Shown here piece after piece: positions 30,995 to 41,602 of a DNA stretch of 64,000 bases. A program made the position numbers and the translations under genes. A model generated the notes under the pieces. That model saw only the letters and a list, made by a program, of their open reading frames with translations. It made no database searches and had not been told where the DNA came from. Numbering within the stretch: the stretch's first letter is position 1; each line of letters starts with the position of its first letter. The DNA is from Camelus dromedarius. Taxonomy: Eukaryota. The stretch is from NCBI RefSeq assembly GCF_036321535.1, contig NC_087437.1, forward strand, positions 66,528,001 to 66,592,000, in the 5' to 3' direction.

Positions 30995-31008
30995 GTAGCT
31001 ATGGTAAC
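30995..31008. promoter_or_regulatory. RFX X-box upstream of CFAP91
   Basis: GTAGCTATGGTAAC, near-palindromic match to the GTTGCCATGGCAAC X-box consensus, 64 nt upstream of the ATG of a ciliary gene. Confidence 0.8.
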
Positions 31009-31709
31009 TCCTGGGAAGCGCTGGAGGGGAAGGACCTGGCGAGGTTACAGAGCTAAAGGAGAAGGGAGGGGCGGGGCTGGCGTGGGAGAGGAGGAGCCGG
31101 GTGACGACAGGAAGGGGCGGGGTGAGGAGCGGGAGAGGAGGGGCTAGGTGAACGTACAGGGCGGGGCTCGTGAGGGGAGGGGCGGGGCTGGCGTGGGAGG
31201 GGAGGAGCGCGATGACGATAGTAAGCCTTGGGGCGAGGCGCAGGAGCGGAAGGACTGGAAAGCGCAGATCCCAGGAGCTTTGAGGGGTGGGGGAAGGGAA
31301 GGGGAAGGAAGGAAGGTGGGCCAGAGGGGCAGGCCTAGGGAGGGGATCGGAGAGGGAAGAGTTGGGCTGGGAGGCACGGCCTCACTTCCCACTACGCTTC
31401 TGAGACCTAGCCGCGAGTTTTAGGACGCCCACCCAAGGTCTACGCCGTTTGGCCGCAGACTGGGGAAACGGCTGCTGCTCAAATCCAGAAGCAATTTGTT
31501 AGTAACACTACGTCGGCTCTTTAGGAAATCCTTGGGAAATCTCAGAACCTTCTAGAATAGTTCCGGGCTTTTATTTCAGACATCCCCGTTTCACGGGACT
31601 TGTTCTTGGAGCTGAGAATCGCGCTCTAACCTTGGGCTTAGGCACACTAGGAGCTCTGGCCCCGGGTATCTGCGTTTGAAGTGGGTTGGGTAATTAATAA
31701 CTGTTGATC

Positions 31710-31712
<3 letters not shown>

Positions 31713-31751
<39 letters not shown>
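31713..31751 (+). repeat. (CTG)13 trinucleotide repeat
   Basis: Perfect run. Confidence 0.98.
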
Positions 31752-31752
<1 letters not shown>

Positions 31753-32212
31753 GCTTTAAATCAGCTGTATGTGATGTGGTGTAGTATGCACTGATTCTGC
31801 TTCATAAAATTTCTAGGGAAAATTTTTAACATAGGCAAAAGTGAACCCACTTTTGGTAATGAGCCCTCACTAACCAGCACCAAGAATCAACAATTATCAA
31901 CATTTTACCAATCCAGTTTGACTTCTCTCCTAACCCGTTTTTTGCTTGAGTATTTTAAAACAAATCCCAGACGTTGGTCACCCTTAAATTAATCAGCATC
32001 TAAAACTGATAAGGATTTCTAACTTAGTCACCATTGTCACACTTAAAATTCCTTCATATCTCATATTCAAATTTCTCTAGTTAAGTCTAAGATGTCATTA
32101 ATACTTGGTTCTCATCAAAAGATCCAAAAGAAGTCTTCACATTGCATTTTGGTATCTCTTAAGTCTTTTATTCTAAAACAGTGAATTTGTAATACCTTCA
32201 ATAATTTTCTTT

Positions 32213-32622
32213 ATTACAGACGTGTATATATGATACGTATAATATAGATATTCATACACTGACGTGTATGGATATACACATGTAATATATGTATATATTG
32301 TATTTATATGTACATATATTACATAATATACAAATTATATATATGTATGTCCATACACAGACCTGTGTATTTATGTGCACCCATATAATAGACACATGAT
32401 ATAGATGCACATCCATACCCAGATCTGTGTATAAATGTGCACCTGGTTAACAGACACATGATATGGGTACACTTTGCCTCCACCCCCAGGCCTGTGTGTG
32501 GAGGGGCACTCTTTCTCACAGACACATGACACAGGGTGTGCCTCCACCCCCAGGCCTGGGGCTGGAGGGGCACCCCAACTCATAGACACACGACACAGGG
32601 TGCACCTCCACCCCCAGGCCTA
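32213..32622. repeat. Palindromic-monomer minisatellite array 1 with TA-rich left part
   Basis: AGACACAYGA anchors at 32390, 32452, 32520, 32584; palindrome CCTCCACCCCCAGG|CCTGGGGCTGGAGG. Confidence 0.85.
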
Positions 32623-32830
32623 GGGATTGATTGATTGACAACTCAGGTTCCTTGTGCTCTGGTTGATTGGGAGCTCAGGTTCCTTGTGTTCTGGGTTGTT
32701 CCTTCCCCCTTCCTGTCCCAGGGCTTATTTCTATCTAAACCACTTAACATTCCCCCCTCTAGTCATAGGACCCCAAGTCTTTGGGATGTAGAGGGCGATG
32801 ACAGCCCTAACTACATCCTGCTCATTGGCA
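32623..32830 (-). mobile_element. ERV1-type 3' end: env tail, PPT and partial LTR U3
   Basis: Minus strand GCAGGATGTAGTTAGGGCTGTCATCGCCC...AGAGGGGGGAA|TGTTAAG; LTR starts at 32749. Confidence 0.75.
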
Positions 32831-34124
32831 AAATTAAATGGTTAAATTAATGACAAAATTAAATATTGGCAAAATTACATGGTAAAAGAGCTCTTTAATT
32901 AGCTGAAAGGAAATTATGTACTTATATAAATACTCAAACATAGAGAAAATTGGCTAAAATAAATTTCAGGTTCACATTATCTAAAAAGATTCAGTACTGG
33001 TATTGGTATTGAAGCTAGCTTAAGCTTTTTGGTTTAATTAATATAAACATGCCTTTAGAGACATCAGTGTTAAGTATAATAGTTCAGTTGTGCCTAGGCT
33101 TCCTAGAGGTCAAGCAAAACTTTATTATATCTGTTACAAATTTGTCAACAAAAAAAGTAACTCAGTGTAAAAAAACTTCCAAAAAGTAAACAAAAAAAGA
33201 GATTTGGGGTAAACTCTATAGGAATTTTCTTTTGAAAATATCTACCTAAAAGTGTCTCTCCAAATTTTGGTACTTAAAACTTAAAACTAAGTTAAAAAGT
33301 TCACTGACTATCTGTGTCATTTATAAAATATTAAAACATTAATTACTGGGAAGATCTAAGTTTATCTACCTTTGCTTTAGGAAAGAAAAAAACAAAAACA
33401 TAAGATTCCAGTGAGGAAATGGTGATATGACAACCAGTTCACAATTGCTTGCTTCTTGATTTTTACCAGAGATTTAAGGTTTTTGAGGGTTAAAATGATA
33501 ATATATGTAATTAAAGCTCCCAAAATAAGTATTTCATATACAGTAGGAAAGTAAGATGTATGTTTTCAGTAAGAGTTTCATTAAAAAAAAAACTACGAAA
33601 AAAAGAAAAGTTTTCATACATAATCAGGATTTTAAATATCTAACAAATTCAAAAAGTTCTCTGTAGCCCCAGCTAACTTTAAGATGTTTTACAGAAAACC
33701 TAACACATCTCAGATATTAGGATGATTTAATATGTTAAGTTAAATATAATCAGTCATAATTCTAGTAATTACAAACAAATCTGTATCAATTACAGTTGTT
33801 TAACCATGCCTTTTAAGTCTTTTTGTTGTTACAAACTGTTAAGTTGTTACAAAGGTGCTTCAACTTTAAAAAAATTCATCAGAAGTCAGTGGAAACAGTG
33901 GGTTACAATAGTCCCACATCAAATGATGGCCCATACCCGCAGGACACAAAAACAAAAGGCTGTCCTGCCCCTGGGGCCCCTAGATCAGGCCATTCAGAGA
34001 TTTTTTACTCCCTGATACCCAGAGTCTACACCCCTACCCAGCCTGAAGTGGTTTCAGAAGGCGGACCATCATCCCTTTACAACCCCATAAAAAGATGATG
34101 GGAGTAAAATCTCTGAGGGGGGAA
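32830..34124 (+). mobile_element. A-rich non-autonomous ERV1-like internal segment with env-tail remnant and PPT
   Basis: ...MMAH...LGPLDQA env-tail-like peptide (ORF 33806..34015); PPT GAGGGGGGAA at 34115-34124. Confidence 0.7.
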
Positions 34125-34533
34125 TAAGACAGGAAGGGGGCAGAGCACAGACATTCAAGTAATAACACAGTAATTAACACCAGAATGGTGAAAGATTCAA
34201 CCCCCAGCAGGCCTTGAGTCTCAAAATGGTGGGAGATTTGACTTCTAGTAGATCTTGACCTCCATTATACAACCATTGTAACATGTTAGCAAGGTGAATA
34301 ACGTGCCCACAGGTGCCAAGACAGTTCCAAGGCTGCAGCCCCCTCTCTCTCCCTCTTCGGGCATGGCCACACTGTCTAAGGAATGTGTGCCTACTTTAAC
34401 TCGACTCTGGGCACCCAACCCCCACACGTCGTGGCCTTTCTCATGCCTCTTGATGGATCTCTAAATAACTCTACCTATACTGAAACAAACAAGCAGAAAA
34501 GATGATTGGTCCCCAGTATGAGCTGAGGTCTCA
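34125..34533 (+). mobile_element. ERV1-type LTR
   Basis: Follows the PPT; termini TAAGAC...GTCTCA (inverted repeat if originally TGAGAC); 3' end could alternatively be 34541. Confidence 0.65.
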
Positions 34534-34540
34534 GTAAGAC

Positions 34541-35441
34541 AGGCCTGGGGGTGGATGTACACCAAAAGAATATACATATTTTATATGTATGTATATCATA
34601 TTATATATGTAGATATTATATTATATATATTATACTATATATGCATTCATATATTAGATGATATACACATTATATATATATCTATACACAGACATGTGTA
34701 TATATAATATATATGATATACACATATATAATATACATATTATATATCTCTATATTAAATGCATACATACATATCTATTATGTAATATACATATTGAACA
34801 TATACATATCCAAGCACAGATGTGTATATATATGTTATATTTATATATATATATATCCATGCAATGACATGCACATAGAGATACACACATAAAATATACA
34901 TAGTATACACATATACTATATTATATGTGTATATATACACAAATATTATATGATATACATATTATATATATACACACATATAAATATATACACACACACA
35001 CACACATATATACACATACCCATACACAGACACGAGTATATAAAATAAATATATATATTCAAACCTGACATGTATGGATATACACATATATAATATACAT
35101 ACTATATAAGTATAGATATTATATACGTCTATATAAGTATATAATGCATACTATACATATGACATATATACATATTCATACACAGACCTGTGTGATTATG
35201 TACCCTCATATAATAGACACATGATATGAGTGCAGATTCATTCCGAGACCTGCATGGATGTGCACACAATTAAGACACATGACAAGGGTGCATTTTGCGG
35301 CCAACCACAAGCATGTGTGTGGAGAGGCAACCCGGCTCATAGACACATGATAAGGGTGCACTGGGCCTCCACCCACAGGCCTGGGCCTGGAGGGGCACCC
35401 CGTCTCATAGAGACATGACACGGGGTGCGCCTACACCCCCA
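34541..35441. repeat. Palindromic-monomer array 2 with long TA-rich core
   Basis: Starts with half-palindrome AGGCCTGGGGGTGGATGTACACC; anchors at 35215, 35273, 35341, 35409; aligns with array 1. Confidence 0.85.
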
Positions 35442-35474
35442 ATATTTATTAATACTAATAAATTAGTATTAAAA

Positions 35475-37390
35475 CAGTTTGGCGGGGGCCCTAAAAGAGA
35501 TAAGATTTCAACCAGGAGACATTGAAGAAAGAGGTTTATCTAACAGGGATCCATAGTCCCCTAGGGCGATGGAAGAGTCTCACCGGAATGTTGCTTGGAA
35601 AGCAGCCGCAGATCGCTAAGAGGTTCACAAGAATATGTGGCTCCCATCAGTGAACCAGATCTCATCAAGGTTTTCCAGGGGTTGGTCAGTGAGATCTGTT
35701 CTAGCTCCTAGAGAAATGGATAGGGTCTCATGACATAGGTGAAAGGGAAGAGACTCCTCTGGTAATGGTAATAGTGTAACAGGATTGAGTGTCCCACAAA
35801 CAGAGACAGTGACATCTGGGTTTTCCAGCAAGAATGCCTGCTATTTAAGAAGCCGAGCATCTGAGAGCCAGAAATGTCCCTTGCCTTTTAAAAGGTCAGA
35901 AACTTGATGGTTAGCGTATGCTTGTATAGGGGCCCCCAGAGTTAGCTTAAAAGCTTCCTCCAGGAGAGTGGAGAGGGCTCCCTACACTCTTAGGCAGGAA
36001 GGCCAGCCTCAAGCAGTGGGATCTAGCTGCGTGGAGAGGTATCCCATAGACTGTTAGGTAGGACCCAACCATTGGGTGAGGACCGCCAGGGCTATTCCTC
36101 CTTTCTCATGAACAGAGAACTGGAAGGGCCTTGTGGGATCTGGAAGCCCCAAGGCCAGGGATCTTACTAGAGATTTTTTTAATTCTTCCATTGCTTCCAG
36201 TTGGAAAGTTCCCCACTGGAGAGGTATTGTGTCATCTTTGTCCCTTAAGCGTCATATAGATGTTGGGCTATAGTCCCATAGTAAGGATCCAAAGCCTACA
36301 GGAAACTGTTAGTCCGAGAAATGCCCTGAGCTGTTTTCAAGTAGTGGGATTAGGGAGTTGTAAGATTCCCTGACTTCATTCAGGGGCAAAGGCTTACAGT
36401 TTCCAGCAGTCAGAACAACACCTACACAAGTTACCTCTTGTGTGACCATTTTGGTTTTGGACCTGGAAACTCTATATCCCCGCTTGGCCAAGAAGTGAAG
36501 ACTTTGGATTGCATGTGGGATGGCCTGTTCTTCAGTAAGGGAGCAGATAAATAAGTCATATATTGTTTTTGATTAGGGAGCCAGGTAGGATCTCTGAGGG
36601 AGATGACAACCTGAGCAGCTGTCTTTGCTTGCCCTGCAATAACTTGATCCTAGACAGCAGGATTAATTTTATTCTCCCAGGCCTCTGGGTCTGGAAGTTT
36701 TTCTCCTTCCCCAGAGAGCAGTGAGAGTTATAAAGAGGTGAAAGTTTGTGGACTTTCTCCCAGGATAACTTGGGTTCTCAACTTGTAAAGAAGGTCTTGG
36801 CCTCAAGGGGGGCTAGGACATTCTGGCATGCATGAGAAAGAGTGTGCACATGTGCATTCGTCCCATAAACAGCAAAGGGTGGGGGAAGCAAAGGATCTTA
36901 GGGTAGGTTTACCTGTGACTCCCATGACGGTAGAGAATCTAGAGGAGAAGGGTCTGGAGAAGGAAGTTAGGACGGAATAGGTGGTCCCAGTATCCAAAGA
37001 GCGATTGTCCTACCTGCCACATCCACTTGTACCCGTGGCTCCAGCCCAGTGATGAAGATCTCTTGCATTGTGGCTGACCGGAGGGGGCTTCTTTAGTCCT
37101 GGCCGCAGGCCGGTTATCCCCCTTGTGAGATTTGGCTTGAGGGACAGAGGGCCACCCAATGACCTTGCTTGTTACAACCAAAACAGGCAGATCTTGAAGG
37201 TTTGTCCTTATGGGGAGCTTTCTTGGCCCACTGACCAGGTCAGTGGCAGATGTTGTATTTATCATCAGGCTTGTCTCAGGCTGCTGGGGGCCAAGGACTT
37301 AGGGACGGTGGCTGCCCTTTAAGGGCTGTAATCACTTGGGCCTGCCTGGCCTCTTTCCTTCTCCTGAGCCTTGGCCTCTTGTACCTGATC
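35475..37390 (-). mobile_element. Degenerate class I (gamma-like) ERV gag-pro-pol fragment
   Basis: Zinc knuckle CFGCNKQGHWVALC (37144-37185); protease DTGTTYSVL (ORF 36803..36997); RT pieces incl. LAKRGYRVSRSK; tether/RNase H LNPVTLLP...WFTDGS (ORF 35625..35831); stops and frameshifts. Confidence 0.9.
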
Positions 37391-37404
37391 TCAAACAAAA
37401 AAAA

Positions 37405-37882
37405 AACTACTACTCAGGGATAAAAAAGAATAAAATAATGCCATTTGCAGCAATGTAGATGGACCTGGAGATAGTTATTCCAAGAGAAGTAAGCTAGAAA
37501 GAGAGTGAAAAATACCATATGATATCACTCATATGCGGAATCTAAAAGAGAAAAGAAAGAAAAAAAAGAACACTAATGAACTCATCTACAAAACAGAAAC
37601 AGACTCACAGACATAGTAAATTATTTTATGGCTACAGGGGAAAGGAGGTTGGAAGGGATAAATTTGGGAATTTGAGATTTGCAAAGGTTAACCACTATAT
37701 ATAAAAATAAAAAACAGATTTCTTATGTATAGCACAAGGAGCTATATTCAATCTCTTGTAATAACCTTTAATGAAAAAGAATATGAAAACTAAAATATGT
37801 ATACGTACGTATGACAGAGACATTATGCTGTACACCAGCAATTGACATATTGTAAATGACTATACTTCAATTAAAAAAAAAA
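37405..37882 (+). mobile_element. LINE-1 3' end
   Basis: TACTACTCAG...ATGCCATTTGCAGCAA...3'UTR...CTTCAATTAAAAAAAAAA. Confidence 0.88.
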
Positions 37883-38419
37883 GACTCAGTGCTAATGTTG
37901 CCACCTTTATGTAGCTTCCCCCAAACCCCAAATAGGGTGAGGCTTTATCTTCCAGTGCTGTCATAGCACCAATAGCATTGACCACCCTATAGCAGTAATT
38001 TTTTGCAACTTTGCTTCCTACAGTTGTGAGTTCATTGAGGGAACAGGTCTTTACATGGTCATTCTGAATCTCTGAAGTACCTGGTACGTGAAAGCTTAAT
38101 AAAATGATTCCTAAATGACTAAATCCAACCATTTATTACATAAATTTACTGCCTACTAGGAAATAGGTATTAAAGATTCTGAGATAATTGCTACAGTTCA
38201 CTGAATGGTGGAGAAAACAGACACAAAAACAAACAAAAAACACACTATAATGGCGTGATAATATTTTTCTGTCTGTGGGTATGGCTACATTCCCCACTTT
38301 GTTCCTTCTTCCCAGAATGTTTCTTGCCCCTGCCCCCCATTTTATCACTGCTGACTCATCATCTCAGGTCTCAGCTAGAATGTCCCCCCTACAGAAAGAC
38401 GACTTTTCCTCACTTTATC

Positions 38420-38932
38420 AGATAAATTATTTGGAGTAGCCAATCGCCAGCCCCCTTGATAAACATATTAGGAGATGCTGACTGACAGACATATCAAATG
38501 TGATCAGATGCACATACATGATTGTCTCACAGAGAGTGCAGTGGCCACTTGCTGGAGTTGCGCTCTCTCTCCCTTGCTGGCTTGGAGGAAGCAAGTGGCA
38601 AAGACCACAGGTAGCCTCTTAGAGCTGCGGGGCTGAGGGTGGCTTCCAAACCACAGCAAGCAAGAAACCAAATCCTTTATTCCTACAACTGCAAGAAACT
38701 GAATTCTGCCAACAACCTGAGTAAGATGAGAAGCGTTTTCCACCCCCTCCCCACGTTGAATCTCAGATAAGACCATGGTCTCAGCCAAAATCATGACTGC
38801 GTTTGTGAGGCCCTCATCAGAGGAGCCACTTAAGCCGCTCCCAGATGTCTAAGCACAGAAACAGAGATAAAAGTACATGTGTATTACCACCCAGTTTGTA
38901 GTAATAGTGCTGCACAGCAAGAAACGACTAAT
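38420..38932 (+). mobile_element. MLT1 (ERVL-MaLR) LTR
   Basis: CCTACAACTGCAAGAAACTGAATTCTGCCAACAACCTGAG motif and CAGCAAGAAACGACTAATA end. Confidence 0.8.
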
Positions 38933-39013
38933 AGGTAATCTTTATGAACTTAGGTTGGGAAGGGGTGCTGGTTAATGATACAGTTTCATCAAAATCAAAG
39001 TTATACTTTGCCC

Positions 39014-39475
39014 TGTTATGGAGACAGTACTCCATGGGTCTCATGCTTCTGCTTGTCTTGCAAGGAGGGGAGCTGTTGCCCTTTCTTTTGTGTAGGAAAC
39101 AAACTTAAACAATAGAAGGAGTGGCTGTCTCTGGAACCAGGGGCAGGTTTGCTTGCAGCCTTAGAAGTCAGAGATCGTGTCTCCCTTTGAGCAAAGGGCA
39201 GGCTTTCTCACTGTCCATTATTGAAGAATTGGATTTCCTGAACTCCCTGTTCCTCTCCTGTGATGTGACCCAGTGTGTAGCTGTCACCTGGCCTTCTTCA
39301 CATCACCCTGTGGGAATTGGGGCTCAGGGAACTGGTGCAAAAATGCTAATACTTGGCCACTTCTGCTGTAGGTAATAAATGATCCTTCATCTCTGACCCA
39401 GCAGTTTGCTGGCCTCTACCAGCATTCATGGAACTGTGGCAGGCAAACAGGGCAACATCTCAGACCTTTCAGACT
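39014..39475 (+). mobile_element. Solo ERV LTR (old ERV1-type)
   Basis: TGTTATGGAG start; AATAAA at ~39374 followed by TCTCTGACCCAG...GAACTGTGGCAGGC U5-like sequence. Confidence 0.65.
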
Positions 39476-41027
39476 TCTGGAAATGCTATAGAGAATTGTG
39501 TACAGCACCTATTTATCTGTGGAATTTGGAAAGCCTATTTTTTGCAGAGGCAGAAATATAAATACGATACAACGTTACTGCTGAACCTAGGACCAGACAA
39601 GTGAGAATTGAAGTCTTGCAATTCTCCTCTCCTGGCATTTGGTGTCACTCCTTCTCTACCAGCTCAACTACCTGCCCTTCCTTGCTAAAGTCTCCACACC
39701 TGGGGTTAGTTAGACATGAAAAATGGCTAAGAGTACCTTTCTCATGGAGGAACTTCAGAAAGCACTAACTTAGTCGTTGTTTGTGACATCACCAGGGCTG
39801 TCATCCCACTGACAGAATGCCTGCATGGACCATTTGTAGCTCGTGTCCTCAAAGCACCATACAATAACATATTTACTGTACTTATGAAAAAGCACATTAC
39901 AGTCATCACTGCAACTCTTGCTGCCTACTAATTTAGCAATTATAGCAACAACAGAGAGCACCAGAGGCTTAAAATAGTTAAGTATTGCTGGTTAAAATTG
40001 TAACTGGGAAGCAAAAACTTGACAACAAACCTCAGAGTTGCCTCTGTAAAACAGATGGTTGAATCCAATCTTTCATTATTGAGCCTCCACACTCTACCTA
40101 CTCTCAATTTCATCTCTAATGCCAGCTCTCTAAAATTGTGTTTTTCTCGGGGGAAGTGAGTTACTGCAATTTATCCTTGGGTAGAATGGGAAACATTAAA
40201 TGACAGTGTTTTATACGCCTACTTTTCCTTTCACTAAGATAGGCCATCCCACAAGTCTAAAGGCATTTAGGCTAGGCAAGCAAAGTAAAGCATCATGTTA
40301 ACATAAAAATCAGTAGTTGATCTGAAAGTTTACTTATTCATAAATTAAAAGGAAGAAGAAAAAGTAACACACACGTGTGGGTTAGCTGTACCATTCTGAG
40401 ACAAGAAGAGACTTGAGTTGCTGGATATAAATGACTAAATATTTCACTTTGGAAAGGAATGCCCTTTAGTCTTTTCTTCAAGGGCAGGAGAATATTCCGT
40501 CCCAAAGAAGCAGTTATTGAAAGAGTTGAAGACTCCCAGTGCTCAGGGAGGAAACCTAGGGCTTGTTTATATCTTGAACGCAGCTGGTTAAAGGAAGTGT
40601 AGGTGGGGCACAGTGTGGTCACTGCAAGTCCGTCTTCACTGAAGCAGGGAAGGACAGTAAGCAAGAAGAATCTTCTCTCAGTTGCAGACTGAAACTGTTG
40701 TTTCAGTCTTTTGGTCTATGCTCTGTGTTTACAGCTGATCACAATTCTTGTAACTGCCTAACCTCTCTTGGCTATTTTTATCTTTTCTTCCTTGTTCACT
40801 TCCTAGACCAAGAAGTTCAGTAGCACAATTAAATACAGAACAATGATTAATTTAAAAATAAGAAATATTTACCTTACACTTAGACAAATTAAGTGAGAAC
40901 ACAGACCTTAGAGGGAGAAGATGTGGAGACTTAGGGCTGTTATTTATACATTATGTGACCTTGAACAAATCATGTCCATCTATGAACCTCAATTTTCTCA
41001 TCTATAAATGTAGATAATCCGTTCAAC

Positions 41028-41602
41028 TGTTACTGAACCCAAGTTCGTGTGCCTGACACACAGTGAGGCCAAACAAACCGAAATGTCATTGTTTGGTACA
41101 GAGAAATGTTTATTGCAGGGACCAAGCAAGGAGAACGAGCATTTCAAGCTCAAAAGACCTGAACTCGGCTTCAGAGAAGAGTTTTTTGAGGCAAATTTGC
41201 AGGGAGCACTGCAGGATGTGGGCTTTTTTTTTTTTTTTTTTAATTGGTTGGTGGTAAGGTAACAGGGTGGTGTTCCAGTAATCTTGATCATCAGCCTCCT
41301 GGTTCTAATCAGTCTGGGGGCCAGGTGCTTGTACTCAGACCGAAGTTATCAACCCCCACCTGGGTGGGGGCCTTACTTCCTGTAACCAAGCCCAGATATG
41401 TATCAGATTGTTATGTACGCCTTCAGGAAGGGCTAGGAGTCCTGTAACCCTATTGTTCTAATCACTAACTGTTTGATGAATCTGTCCTCTGGGACTCAGC
41501 AAACGTCTAGGAGGAGGAAGCCTTTTTCCTACAAACAAGAAACAGGGGACATGGAAAGTCTTTAGGCCCCGGGAGGGCCTCAAAGGGTCCTGCTCGTTTT
41601 CA
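41028..41602 (-). mobile_element. Solo ERV1 LTR inserted in a MIR
   Basis: TGTTACTGAAC...GTTTTCA termini; 4-nt TSD CAAC/CACC; AATAAA on the minus strand at ~41110. Confidence 0.8.

Noticed and set aside
32390..32622. CRISPR-like appearance of regularly spaced palindromic repeats
   Set aside because: Eukaryotic context, the 'spacers' are homologous to each other, and there are no cas genes; it is a minisatellite-type array.
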